Source: an uncultured Myxococcales bacterium (GTDB lineage Bacteria; Myxococcota_A; UBA9042; PHBI01; JAAZYN01). From it: 60,323 nt of DNA. This document shows positions 1-9,466 of the stretch, piece after piece; the stretch's first letter is position 1, and each line of letters starts with the position of its first letter. The position numbers were made by a program, and so were the translations under genes. The DNA is taken from NCBI GenBank assembly GCA_964478315.1, contig CAYZID010000003.1, positions 1-60,323 of the forward strand, written 5' to 3'. The notes beneath the pieces were generated by a model. The model saw nothing but the letters and a program-made list of their open reading frames with translations, ran no database searches and had not been told where the DNA came from.

Positions 1-146
1 GCCGCCCACACGCGGGATCCAAAGCCGAATCCCAGAGTAGGTGGCGGATCTGGGACGAGGTGGACGGCTTGACGGTGAAGCCGCGAGGGGGGAGGGTGAA
101 GGGGACGACGGGCGGTGAGGGGACGCCGCTGGGTCGCTGAGCCCGG

Positions 147-2300
147 ATGGACGGCTGCAGGAGGATGAGGATGGGTTGGGGGCGTGCGCGCGGAGTGGAA
201 GACCGGGGAAACGTCGGGCGGGGCACGCGGTGGGGGCTGGCGGTGGCCGTCATCGCGGCGGGCACCCTGAGCGCCTGCCTGGAGCTCCCCACCATGAAGA
301 AGCCCGGCGTCGAGCGCTGTCTGGAGGGCGAGGACGAGTACTGCTCGGAGGCCATCTGCGCCAGCTTCGACGCGGGCGAGCTGCCGGCCGGCTGCCTGGA
401 CGGAGGGGCCGGGGATGTCCTGAGCGACGGGGACGCCCCGGCCACGGACACAGGCACAGACACGGGCGCGAGCCAGGACGCCGGCCCGGACATGGGGCAA
501 GACACGGGAGGGGACGAGGGACCCGCGCCCGAGATCACGGAAGACACGGGCCCCGACACCGGCGAGGACGCGACGCCGGACGCGATCCAAGACGTGGCGT
601 CGGACGGCGGTGTGGATGTGGGGCAAGACACCGGCGGCGACGTGGTACAGGACGTGAGCCCACCCCAGTGCACCCAGGACGGCGACTGCGCGGGCGTGGT
701 CACGCCCTCCAAGGCCTGCGAGGTGCCCCGCTGCGTGGACGGCGCGTGCCAGCTCGGCCCCGCCGAGGAGGGCACCGCCTGCGACGACGGCGACCCCTGC
801 ACGGGCGACGGCGCCTGCGCCAGCGACGGCACCTGCCAACCAGGCGCCCCCGTCCCCTACGACGACAGCAACGACTGGGTGGTGACGGCGGAGGCAGACC
901 CCCCAGACGAAACCTCCTCTCCGGACGTGTATGCCGTCCGGGGGACAGATGGCGGTGAAGCCATGGCCTCATTCACGCTTCCGGGGAGTGGAGGCACAAT
1001 CCATGGTCCTTCGGGCGACCTCGCTGTCGCCTCTCTCCCAGGCTACGATCGGATCGCGGCCGTCACGTCGATCGACTCAACCGGACAGTTTTTGTGGGTT
1101 GCGCCGATGTATGGAAGCACAAGCCTCATTCCCACGTCGGTTCTCCATGACGGTGCAGGTGGGACCTACGTCGGCCTGATCACCAGTGGCACGACGAGCG
1201 GCTACTCGGCATCGATCGATCCAGCGGTCCGCAACGGTGTCGTCGCTCGACTAACCTCCGACGGGATGAAGAGCTGGAGTGTCCAGATTGTGCCCTCAGT
1301 GCCCACTGGAAACGAGTGGGACATCCTTGTTGCCGAAGTCATGGGAGCTTCCGCGGCCGGTGCTCGCATTGGATTCTTCATGGGAGAAGATCCGGTGGAT
1401 GTGCAGCGTTTCGACCTAGCGGGAGGTACGAAGACCACCGTGGTTCCCCCCGCCGACACCGTTGGTGGAACCTATGCGACGTTGGAAGTCGACTGGACCG
1501 GGGTCCCGTCCTCGCACTACATGGTCTTCCCTGTGGGAACGCCCGGAGCCGCAGGCGACTCGTTCGTCGGGTTTCCGCGGTTCCAAAGCCGACCGGGCGG
1601 AGGGTTCGTAGCTGCCTTCCTGGGTACGAGTGCGATTCGCTTTGGCGATGAGGCGGGTACCACCACTGAGGTGCTTCCTGCGGCGACGGCGGTGAGGATG
1701 GCATCCTGCGCATGGGATGAGACGGGTGGCCTCGACTGGGTCCGGTCGTGGCCGATGGATGGGCTTCTCCTAACGTCGTCGTATGAGCTCGGGGTCAAGC
1801 CATCAACCGACGGTGGGAGCTACGTTTCGGTTTCCTTCATGGGCACGGTTCACATCGAAACGGAGGCGGGCCCCGTGGATGCCGTCAACCAAGATGCCAA
1901 GGATGCCTTGCTTCTTCGAGTCTCATCTGACGGCACGACCGAATGGGGCCTCGTGATCGGTGGACTTGGCACGCAGTCGGTCTCCGTCCTCGATCCCAGT
2001 ACCAACCCGATCATTGGGGGAACCTTCGACGGGGAGCTCCAGCTTGGAGGGCTAGGCGCTACCGGGAAAGGCGCGTTTGTGGCACAACTCGATGACTCTG
2101 GCGACGTTGTGTGGGCCAAGATGCCCGTCACGGGGAGCGGACTCCAAAGCCCCCGCCTGGCACTCGCGGGAACGCGCCTCCTACTTGCGTCCGCAGCAAG
2201 CGGAACCGTGACGCTGGCTGGCGTCGAATCCGACCTGGGGCCCGGAGTTGCTGCACACCTGTGGACATTCGACCTTTCGCAGTGGGAGAGCTGTCCGTAG
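147..2300 (+). CDS. secreted lipoprotein with acidic D/G/T/P-rich tether, Cys-rich module and beta-propeller-like (SBBP-type) repeats
   Basis: 717-codon ORF with a lipobox-like AAGTLSAC near the N-terminus. It has DTGxD low-complexity repeats and a CxxDGxC-type Cys-rich block. Strands of the form S/DxxGxxxW recur (LTSDGMKSWSV, VSSDGTTEWGL, LDDSGDVVWAK). The start among Met 147/165/171 is unresolved. Confidence 0.6.
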   Translation: MDGCRRMRMGWGRARGVEDRGNVGRGTRWGLAVAVIAAGTLSACLELPTMKKPGVERCLEGEDEYCSEAICASFDAGELPAGCLDGGAGDVLSDGDAPATDTGTDTGASQDAGPDMGQDTGGDEGPAPEITEDTGPDTGEDATPDAIQDVASDGGVDVGQDTGGDVVQDVSPPQCTQDGDCAGVVTPSKACEVPRCVDGACQLGPAEEGTACDDGDPCTGDGACASDGTCQPGAPVPYDDSNDWVVTAEADPPDETSSPDVYAVRGTDGGEAMASFTLPGSGGTIHGPSGDLAVASLPGYDRIAAVTSIDSTGQFLWVAPMYGSTSLIPTSVLHDGAGGTYVGLITSGTTSGYSASIDPAVRNGVVARLTSDGMKSWSVQIVPSVPTGNEWDILVAEVMGASAAGARIGFFMGEDPVDVQRFDLAGGTKTTVVPPADTVGGTYATLEVDWTGVPSSHYMVFPVGTPGAAGDSFVGFPRFQSRPGGGFVAAFLGTSAIRFGDEAGTTTEVLPAATAVRMASCAWDETGGLDWVRSWPMDGLLLTSSYELGVKPSTDGGSYVSVSFMGTVHIETEAGPVDAVNQDAKDALLLRVSSDGTTEWGLVIGGLGTQSVSVLDPSTNPIIGGTFDGELQLGGLGATGKGAFVAQLDDSGDVVWAKMPVTGSGLQSPRLALAGTRLLLASAASGTVTLAGVESDLGPGVAAHLWTFDLSQWESCP

Positions 2301-2313
2301 GGGATGGAATCCC

Positions 2314-4323
2314 CTACTCCAAGCAAACATCGAAAGCGCCACATGCGAAACAAATCCCTGAGCACGGCACGTCACACGTCGGTGTCGACTCCGGCACACA
2401 CTCGCCACCGTTTGACGGGCAGTGGCCTGGGGCTTCGCAGAGCCCAAACCCGTATTCGTAGGTGCATGGCGCACCGGTGGAGGCGACCAAAGAACACACC
2501 CCCCCCGAACACTCGGGGTGCTGACAGTCTGGAATCCCCCCACCGTACTCTCCTGCGCAGTTGACCCCGTCCTTGTTGCTGTAGTCGCACTGGCCGCCCT
2601 TGCAGGTGCCGCCCACGCGGCACATGCTGGAGTTGTCCGAGCAGGAGACGCCGTCCTGGTTGAGGGTGAGGCACTGGCCGGTGGAGCCTACGCACTGGTA
2701 GGCCACGCACGGGTTGTCCGCTTGGCTCAAGGGGACGCAGCCACCCACGTCCTCGGTGGCGATGGCCTTCTGGAGGCCGCCGCCGCACTGGCCTAGTGAG
2801 TTGCAGGTCGTCCCCACGATGCAAGGCTGCCCGTCGTCGCAGGGCGTGCCCGGGTCCGCGAGCTTGGACAAGCACCCCACGTTGGGGTCGCAGTAGGAGA
2901 TGGTGCAGTCGTTGCCGTCCATGTCGTCGCACATGAGCGGGTTGCTCCCCACGCACTCGCCGTTGGAGCAGATGTCCGTCTGCGTGCACACCGTGCCGTC
3001 GTCGCAGGGGATGCCGTTCAGCGGCGTCTGCGCACACGAGCCGTCCGCGTTGCAGCTCCCCTCCGTGCACGGGTTCCCGTCGTCGCACAGGTTGTCGTCC
3101 GTGAGCCCGTTGCAGTCGTTGTCGATGTTGTCGCACTTCTCCACCGACCCGGGGAAGACGTTGCCGTCCAGGGGCGCGCAGTCCTCCGTGTCCGGGCTGG
3201 AGTCGTTGTCGTCGTCCGGGTCGCAGGCGTCGCCCAGGTCGTCGCCGTCGTTGTTCGCCTGGTCCACGTTCTGCACCAGCGGGCAGTTGTCCGCCACGTC
3301 CGGCAGCCCGTCGTCGTCGTCGTCCTCGTCCACGCAGTCCGCCTGGCCGTCGCCGTCCGTGTCCACCGCGCCGTCGTCCGTCACGCCGTTGCAGTCGTTG
3401 TCCAGCCCGTCACAGACGTCGGGCTGGGCGTCCGGCGCGTCGCAGATCTCCACGCCCCCGATGCACTGCCCCTTGCCCGAGCACGTCCCGTTCTCGTTCG
3501 TCTTGAAACACTGGTAGTCCGGGGGCAGGTTGTCCGTCGCCCCGTCGCAGTCGTCGTCCACCCCGTTGCACAGCTCGGCGATGGGCGTCTTGGCGTCACA
3601 GTCGCTCAGGCCGTCCACCGTGCACGCCCGCATCCCCAGACAGGCCCCGAACTCGTTGGACACCACGCAGGTCGTCTGGAGCTGGAAGTCGATGGCCAAC
3701 GGCGAGCAGGTGCACGAGGCGCCGGCCTCGGGCACGCACTGGGGCTTGATCTGCCCCGGCCCCACCGGGACGTTCTTGCACTCGAAGCCCGCCGGGCACT
3801 TGCCATCCGACTCGCACTCGCCCCCGCAGAACTTCCCCTCCGCCCCGTGGTCCAAGCAGTAGTGCCCCGTGTCCGCCTCGCTCGTGGCGCAGTCCGTGGC
3901 CTCCTCGCAAGGGTCGCAGATGTGGAGCCAACGGGGCAGGCACAGGAACACGGGATCCCCCGCCACCTGGGGCCGGCAGTTCCACCCCTCGGGGCACGAC
4001 TCCACACACGTCTTCGTGCACACCTTCCCCTGCTTCGTGGGCACGCACCAGCCGCTGTTGCACTCGGCGTTCTGCGTGCAAGGCCACCCGAACTCGCCCG
4101 GGTCGGGGACGTAGGTGTCCACCGGCGCCGCCTCCGGCGCGGCGTCCCCGGCGACCGTCTCGGCCGTGGCATCCCCCTCCTCCCCGTCGATCCCCACGAC
4201 CCCACCGTCCACGCCGATGGGCACGGCGTCCGCTGCGGTCTGGACATCCGTGCACGAAGAAGAAATGAAACCGGCGGTAATCACAACAAGAATCGTCCCG
4301 GACAGGGGCGTCGCACGGCGCAT
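2314..4323 (-). CDS. Cys-rich secreted lipoprotein with thrombospondin-type-3-like Asp repeats and CxxxDNDCDG motifs
   Basis: Start trimmed to ATG 4323 (MRRATPLSGTILVVITAGFISSSC lipobox), with GGAGG 8 nt upstream. Motifs CNGVDDDCDGATDN, CDGLDNDCNGVTDDG and CDNIDNDCNGLTDDN are present, plus DTDGDGQADCVDEDDDDDG and other Ca-binding-like Asp runs. About 10% of residues are Cys. Confidence 0.65.
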   Translation of the reverse strand: MRRATPLSGTILVVITAGFISSSCTDVQTAADAVPIGVDGGVVGIDGEEGDATAETVAGDAAPEAAPVDTYVPDPGEFGWPCTQNAECNSGWCVPTKQGKVCTKTCVESCPEGWNCRPQVAGDPVFLCLPRWLHICDPCEEATDCATSEADTGHYCLDHGAEGKFCGGECESDGKCPAGFECKNVPVGPGQIKPQCVPEAGASCTCSPLAIDFQLQTTCVVSNEFGACLGMRACTVDGLSDCDAKTPIAELCNGVDDDCDGATDNLPPDYQCFKTNENGTCSGKGQCIGGVEICDAPDAQPDVCDGLDNDCNGVTDDGAVDTDGDGQADCVDEDDDDDGLPDVADNCPLVQNVDQANNDGDDLGDACDPDDDNDSSPDTEDCAPLDGNVFPGSVEKCDNIDNDCNGLTDDNLCDDGNPCTEGSCNADGSCAQTPLNGIPCDDGTVCTQTDICSNGECVGSNPLMCDDMDGNDCTISYCDPNVGCLSKLADPGTPCDDGQPCIVGTTCNSLGQCGGGLQKAIATEDVGGCVPLSQADNPCVAYQCVGSTGQCLTLNQDGVSCSDNSSMCRVGGTCKGGQCDYSNKDGVNCAGEYGGGIPDCQHPECSGGVCSLVASTGAPCTYEYGFGLCEAPGHCPSNGGECVPESTPTCDVPCSGICFACGAFDVCLE

Positions 4324-4499
4324 GGGCAGGACCTCCACAGGAGCGTTCGCGGGCCCACAAGGTAGCACAAGCGCGCCCCCTCACCGCAAACGCACGCGTG
4401 TCACCGGCAACAGCCGGGCCTCTGCACGGCCCCCGAGGCCGTGCGGGAAGGTGGGGGCCAAGCGCCGGACGCGATCTCGCGGGGCCGCCCCCGGCCGCC

Positions 4500-5135
4500 T
4501 CAGCCCACGCCCAGCGGCCTGGGCGCGTAGCGCGCGAACACCAGGACGTCCACGTCCGCGTCCGCCTCTGGGGCGCCCACGTGGGCCCGCCGCACCCCCG
4601 CCCAACGTGCGCCGCGGCGTCCTGGGCTCCTTGGCCCCCGCCCTCGGGACAAGGCGCCGCGCTCGGTGCGCTCCAGCACCCACCCGGCGCGCTCGAAGGT
4701 CACCCGCGACGCCGGGTCGTCGGCCGCCACGCGCGCCGCCAGCTTGCCGTACACGCCTCCGACCACGAACGCCTCCCAGACGTGCTCCAACAGCGCCCGA
4801 CCTGCTCCCTGCCCGCGCGCCGCCGGGTGCACGAGGAGCTGCACGTCCGCGATGTGCTGGGCCCGCAGGAACTCCCGCCGCCCCACGCGGGCCAGCCCGG
4901 CGAGGAACCCGTCGACCTCGGCCACGATCACGTCCACGCCCGCCCCGCCCAGCAGGTTCACCCCCAACGACAGGGCGTCGTCATCCAGCTCGTGGGCGCC
5001 CGCCTCCGACGAGGGCGCTGCCTCCAGCGCCTCGTGTACGAGGGTCCCCAGCGCGAACGCGTCGCGCACCCGAGCCTCGCGCGTGTGCCCCTCCGAGCCC
5101 TCGGGGCCCCAACGCACGCTGGGCAAGGGGCTCAC
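4500..5135 (-). CDS. GNAT family N-acetyltransferase
   Basis: GNAT motif A, VHPAARGQGAGRALLEHV. It lies 25 nt downstream of the preceding lipoprotein gene on the same strand. Confidence 0.7.
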   Translation of the reverse strand: MSPLPSVRWGPEGSEGHTREARVRDAFALGTLVHEALEAAPSSEAGAHELDDDALSLGVNLLGGAGVDVIVAEVDGFLAGLARVGRREFLRAQHIADVQLLVHPAARGQGAGRALLEHVWEAFVVGGVYGKLAARVAADDPASRVTFERAGWVLERTERGALSRGRGPRSPGRRGARWAGVRRAHVGAPEADADVDVLVFARYAPRPLGVG

Positions 5136-5159
5136 GCTCGGCCGCCCACGTCGGCGCCC

Positions 5160-5798
5160 TCAGCGACGCAGCGCATACCAGCGCCCCGAGACGCGCTTGC
5201 GGTCCACCTGCCCCTCGAAGGTGCCCGTGGCCCGCCGATCGTCCACGAAGCGCCCCTTGAGGCGCAGGTAGTCCTCCCCGAAGCGCCCCTGAAAGCGCAG
5301 CGTGCGGGCGTCCGAGGCGACGACGGGCCGCAGCTCCAAGCTCGTGCGCCGCTTCCCCACGACCTCCACGTGGGCCACGAGCACCATGCCGTCGCGCACG
5401 ACGAGACGCACGCTCACCGCCGCGTCCTCGCCCTGGAAGCGGCCCGTGAAGGTGCCATCGGGCAGCGGCGGCTGGGACTCGTCGGGGGCCAGGCGGGTCT
5501 CCTCCGGGGCCGCGGCGGGCGCCTCGCCCGGCTCCTCCGTCGCCCCCACCGCCCCACGCGCCGCCGCGGCCCCGTGCTCGTCGGCGCCCTCCTCGCCGTG
5601 CTTCGCGCCGACGACGGCCCCAGCCCCCTGGGCCCCAGCATCAGCGGCGCCGGCCGACTCCTCCGAGGACGAGCACCCAGCACCCACCGCGGCGACGGCG
5701 AAGACCGCGGCCGCCAACACCAGAGCCCGCGCGGCCCCGGACCGCTTCGCCCGCCGCGCCACAGACCCAACGCCCAAGTCGTCCCCGCGTCTCACCAT
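5160..5798 (-). CDS. hypothetical lipoprotein
   Basis: This is the C-terminal 212 codons of track ORF 5160..6659. ATG 5798 gives MVRRGDD...ALVLAAAVFAVAAVGAGCSS (signal peptide plus lipobox). The upstream part of the long ORF is Arg/Gly-rich and overlaps gene 5963..6712 in another frame. Confidence 0.55.
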   Translation of the reverse strand: MVRRGDDLGVGSVARRAKRSGAARALVLAAAVFAVAAVGAGCSSSEESAGAADAGAQGAGAVVGAKHGEEGADEHGAAAARGAVGATEEPGEAPAAAPEETRLAPDESQPPLPDGTFTGRFQGEDAAVSVRLVVRDGMVLVAHVEVVGKRRTSLELRPVVASDARTLRFQGRFGEDYLRLKGRFVDDRRATGTFEGQVDRKRVSGRWYALRR

Positions 5799-5962
5799 GA
5801 CCCACTCCCTCCCGTGCCCACGGGGCTCACCGCGGCGGTCGTTGTAGCCCCGGCGCCCCTCGCCAGCAAGCACGACGACGCCCCGCCGGCTGCCAGCCGA
5901 CGGGGCGTAAAGGGGCCATGAGGCGGGGACGCCCGCCATGGGCGCCCCAAGGGAACGCGGGG

Positions 5963-6712
5963 CTACTCCCCGCGCTCCTCGCCGATGTGGTGGCGGATGC
6001 CCTGGCGGAGCTTCTTCACGTCCTCGGGGTGGTTCTGCCAGTCCTTGACCGTGATGATCCGGCGGAAGCCCCCCTCGATCTCCTCGATCTTCTTGTCGGT
6101 CTGGATCTTGGGCGTGCCCTTCCGGTGCGCCGCGAGGTACGCCAACCGCGTCGCCATCTGCGCCCGCAGCGCCGCCGCGTCGCCGGTGGTCGTCACCTCG
6201 ATCGCCACGCCGCCCGGGACGTCGAGGATCTTGACCTGGTTGGCCTTGTCCTCGATGGGGCAGGCCGGAGCGGCGGCCTCCTCGGCGTGCCCGTCTCCCT
6301 CGGCGCGCTCGGCGAGGATGTGCGAGCGGACGTGCTTGCGGACCTTGTCCACGTCCTCGGGGTTCTTGGCGAGGATGAGCTTGCGGAAGCCCCCGTCGAT
6401 CTCCACGATCTTCTTCTCGGTGGGGATGGGACCGGGCTTGTGCGGATGGGCCTTCATGTAGGCGCGCCGCGCGGCCATCTTCGCCCGCAGGGCCGCCACG
6501 TCGCCCGTCGTGGTCACGTCCACGGCGACGCCCCCTTCCACGTCCTTGACCTCCACGTGGTTGGCGGGGTCCTTCGCCGGGCACGCGGGCACCATCTCTT
6601 GGGCCGCAGCCTGCTTCACGGGCTCGCTGGTCTTGGTCGTGGCGGCGGTGCTGCCGCACCCGGCGGCGGCGAGCGCCCCGGCGGCGGCCAACAGGATCAT
6701 CGTCTTACGCAT
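5963..6712 (-). CDS. lipoprotein built from an internal (A-B)x2 tandem duplication
   Basis: N-terminus MRKTMILLAAAGALAAAGCGS (signal peptide and lipobox). Module A occurs twice: CPAKDPANHVEVKDVEGGVAVDVTTTGDVAALRAKMA and CPIEDKANQVKILDVPGGVAIEVTTTGDAAALRAQMA. Module B also occurs twice: TEKKIVEIDGGFRKLIL...PEDVDKVRKHVRSHI and TDKKIEEIEGGFRRIIT...PEDVKKLRQGIRHHI. Confidence 0.65.
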   Translation of the reverse strand: MRKTMILLAAAGALAAAGCGSTAATTKTSEPVKQAAAQEMVPACPAKDPANHVEVKDVEGGVAVDVTTTGDVAALRAKMAARRAYMKAHPHKPGPIPTEKKIVEIDGGFRKLILAKNPEDVDKVRKHVRSHILAERAEGDGHAEEAAAPACPIEDKANQVKILDVPGGVAIEVTTTGDAAALRAQMATRLAYLAAHRKGTPKIQTDKKIEEIEGGFRRIITVKDWQNHPEDVKKLRQGIRHHIGEERGE

Positions 6713-6909
6713 GGTCGTCTCTCTGTCTGTGGGTCTTCGCGTCGTGTGTCTTCGCGCCGGTTCGCGCCGGTCCCAACCGGAACGCCGACCGACCCCACGG
6801 CGCCCCTCCGTGGCGCGCTCGCGCCGCCACGCTCCGGGACCGCTGGGTGGCGGAACCTAATCGGACCGCCGCGCCATGTCCACGGCCGAGCCCGCGAGGC
6901 CCCCGCAGC

Positions 6910-9213
6910 TCAGCGCTCGGCGTCGCCTCCGAGCCCCCGGAGCTTGTCCCGCAGGCCCACGAACCAGGCGCGCTCGGCGGGGAAGTCGGGGACCAGGAGG
7001 AGGAGCGGCGACGCCGTCGCTTGGGGGCTCAGGGGCTCGCCGTGGGCCACGCCCACGTTCACCTGGAAGTCCCCGGCGAAGACCGGGAGCGGCACGCCAG
7101 CCTCCACCCGGTCTGGGATCTTCGCGGGCCCCCAGTCTTCCAACAGCGGCCCCACGACCTCCTGGGCCGCCCGGGCATCTCCCGCCTTGTTGGCCGCCAG
7201 GATGAGCCACTTCCGGGCGGCGAAGCGCACGGCCGGGCGGGTCGCCAGGGCCGCCGCCCGGGTGAGGCGACCGAAGGCCCCCGCCAGATCTCCGTCCGCC
7301 ACCTGCGCCTGACCGTCCGCCAACAGCCCCAGCGGGTCCTCACCGCCCGCGTAGTAGCGCGCCTTCTTGAGCACCACGCGCGCGAGCCCCTCGTAGTTCC
7401 GCGCCACCGCCAGCGCCCCGGCGCTGAGGGCGACCGCCATGGCGTTCCGCCGCCCCTCCTCGGTGGAGCGGTCGAAGCGGCGATCCAGCTCCATGAGCCC
7501 TTCCAGCACGCTGGGGACGCCGAGGTCCTCGGCCACGGCCCGCGCCGCGTCCTCGACCGCCTCCCGGGTGCCCGCGAGCGCGGCCCGCGCGACGGGGGCC
7601 ACGAGGCGCGTGTAGCGCAAGACGGCCTGCTGTTGGGCGCCCTCGACCGTGAGCCCCGCGAGGCGCCCCAGCCCCCGGTCCATGAGGGCCCCGTCCCGCC
7701 GCCGGGCGCCGTAGCCCAGCTCCATCCGCGCGAGCAGCAGGATCATGGGCGCGCGCTCCGCCGGGGCGAGCTTGGGCAGCCGCGACGCGAGCAGCGCCAT
7801 GGCCTTGTCCGGCGCCTGGAGGGACAGCGAGGCGCCCACCGCCACCCGCACGGTCGCCGCCGACGTGGGGTGCGCCGCCAGCGCGTCCTGGGCCATCTTC
7901 AGGGCGAGGGCCACGCGCCCCTCCGCACCCTGGGCGCCGGTGGCCTTGGCGCGCAGGGCGTCGGCCGTCGCCAACAGCAGGCGCAGCGCGCGGGCCGTCT
8001 CGTCGCCCGCCGGGCCGGCGAGCGCGGCGTAGCGCGTGAGGTCGGCGCGGAGGTCGCCCAGCGCGGCGGGCGGCTTGGCCCCGCCCCGCATGAGGTGGTC
8101 CATGCGCGCCTGGGCGTGCGCCGCCACGCGCGCCTCCAACAGCCGCTGGTCCAAGATCCCCTGCTCCTCGGCGCGCGCGCACAGGGCGGCCAGGTCTTCG
8201 TAGCGCCGCCCCAAGGCGAAGACCTCGGCGGCCGCGTGGAGCGCCGCGGGCGCCTTGGGGTACTGCGCCAGCAGCGCGCGCGCCAGCTCCTCTGCCTGGG
8301 CCCCGCGCCCCAACCGCGTGAGGCGCGCCACCTGCTCCGCCCCGCTGGCGGCGTCCCGCCGGGCCCCGGGGGCGTCGTAGGCCGCCGCGGCTTCCTCGTC
8401 CTCGTGGCGGCGCGCGACCGTCTGCAGGCGCCCCGCCGCCCCGGGCACGCCCGCGGTGACCTTGTCCGCGAGGGCCTTGGCCTCGTCCAGCAGGGCGCGC
8501 CGCCGCGCCGTGTCCCCGTCCGCGCCCGCCTCGCGAGCCAGGGTGAGGAGCTCGTCGTAGAGGTGAACGCCGAAGTCGGCCTTGGGGCTCACCGCGATCG
8601 CCTGGCGGAAGGCGTCGGCCGCCTGGGCGTGGCGCCCCTCCCGAGCCAACCACAGCCCCCGCAGGTTGTGGAGGATCGCGGCCTTGGCGTCGTCGTCCAA
8701 GGCGCGGTGCAGGGCCACGGGGAACCAGGCGCGCCCCAAGGCCCGCATCCCCCGCACGGACGCCGCGAGCTGCGTGAGGAGCTCGCGCGAGCCGGGCCCC
8801 TGGGCCAGGGACGGGAGGCGGTCCACGGAGGCCCGGGTGGCCGCCTGGGTCTCGTACGCCGTCCCCAGCGCGTGACAACCGTAGGCCGCGTAGACCGCGG
8901 CGCGGCGCAAGCCAGGTGCGTCCACGCCCCGGGCCGACAGGGCCTCCAGGGCCGCCGCGAGGGTCACGAGATCCTGGACGTCCTGGGGGTCGTCGAACAC
9001 CAGGTGCTCGTCATCGAGCTGCACGCGCCCCAAGGTGACGCGCACGAGGTCGGCGAGCTGGTCGTCCGAGCGCCCGGCGATCCCGTCGGGGTTGTGGGCG
9101 TCGAGGAGGTGAGCCGCCAAGGGCAGGGCGGCGGAGGGCTTGAGCGTGGGCGCATCGGGCATGGCGACCCCGGCGGCGAGAGACAGCGACAGCGCGGTGG
9201 CGGCGGTGAGCAT
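6910..9213 (-). CDS. secreted Ala/Leu/Arg-rich helical-repeat (TPR-like) protein
   Basis: Start trimmed to ATG 9213 (MLTAATALSLSLAAGVAMP, a signal-like N-terminus). The rest is long, helical and Ala-rich, with repeated A..A..G/Y..A patterns. No catalytic motif was recognised. Confidence 0.5.
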   Translation of the reverse strand: MLTAATALSLSLAAGVAMPDAPTLKPSAALPLAAHLLDAHNPDGIAGRSDDQLADLVRVTLGRVQLDDEHLVFDDPQDVQDLVTLAAALEALSARGVDAPGLRRAAVYAAYGCHALGTAYETQAATRASVDRLPSLAQGPGSRELLTQLAASVRGMRALGRAWFPVALHRALDDDAKAAILHNLRGLWLAREGRHAQAADAFRQAIAVSPKADFGVHLYDELLTLAREAGADGDTARRRALLDEAKALADKVTAGVPGAAGRLQTVARRHEDEEAAAAYDAPGARRDAASGAEQVARLTRLGRGAQAEELARALLAQYPKAPAALHAAAEVFALGRRYEDLAALCARAEEQGILDQRLLEARVAAHAQARMDHLMRGGAKPPAALGDLRADLTRYAALAGPAGDETARALRLLLATADALRAKATGAQGAEGRVALALKMAQDALAAHPTSAATVRVAVGASLSLQAPDKAMALLASRLPKLAPAERAPMILLLARMELGYGARRRDGALMDRGLGRLAGLTVEGAQQQAVLRYTRLVAPVARAALAGTREAVEDAARAVAEDLGVPSVLEGLMELDRRFDRSTEEGRRNAMAVALSAGALAVARNYEGLARVVLKKARYYAGGEDPLGLLADGQAQVADGDLAGAFGRLTRAAALATRPAVRFAARKWLILAANKAGDARAAQEVVGPLLEDWGPAKIPDRVEAGVPLPVFAGDFQVNVGVAHGEPLSPQATASPLLLLVPDFPAERAWFVGLRDKLRGLGGDAER

Positions 9214-9466
9214 GGGTGAGACGATACGCGCCCACGCCGCGCTGCGTCCACGCACGCGGTGGACGCGGTGATGCACGGGCGCGTAGCAGCCGTGCTCGCG
9301 TGGTACCTTGCCAACCCATGGAGCGACGCCCCCCCACAGCGCCGGAGACCACACCCCCTGACGCTTGAGGCGCGCGCTTCGTGAGGGGAATGGACCCGGC
9401 GGGTAGGAAGCGACGACGCCTCCCTGGTAGGGTCCCAGCGTGATCCCGGGCGGGAAGGAGGTCTCC

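Noticed and set aside
4115-5921. Long + strand ORFs (4115..5260, 4398..5921, 4666..5271) overlapping the GNAT and lipoprotein genes.
   Set aside because: Their translations are Arg/Pro/Gly/Ala-rich low-complexity strings with no motifs, as expected from reading a high-GC coding region in the wrong frame or antisense. The minus-strand genes have a GNAT motif and a signal peptide with lipobox.
5799-6659. The N-terminal 287 codons of track ORF 5160..6659.
   Set aside because: The sequence is Arg/Gly/Asp-rich nonsense. It overlaps the well-supported duplicated lipoprotein gene 5963..6712 in another frame. An internal ATG at 5798 gives a clean signal peptide and lipobox.
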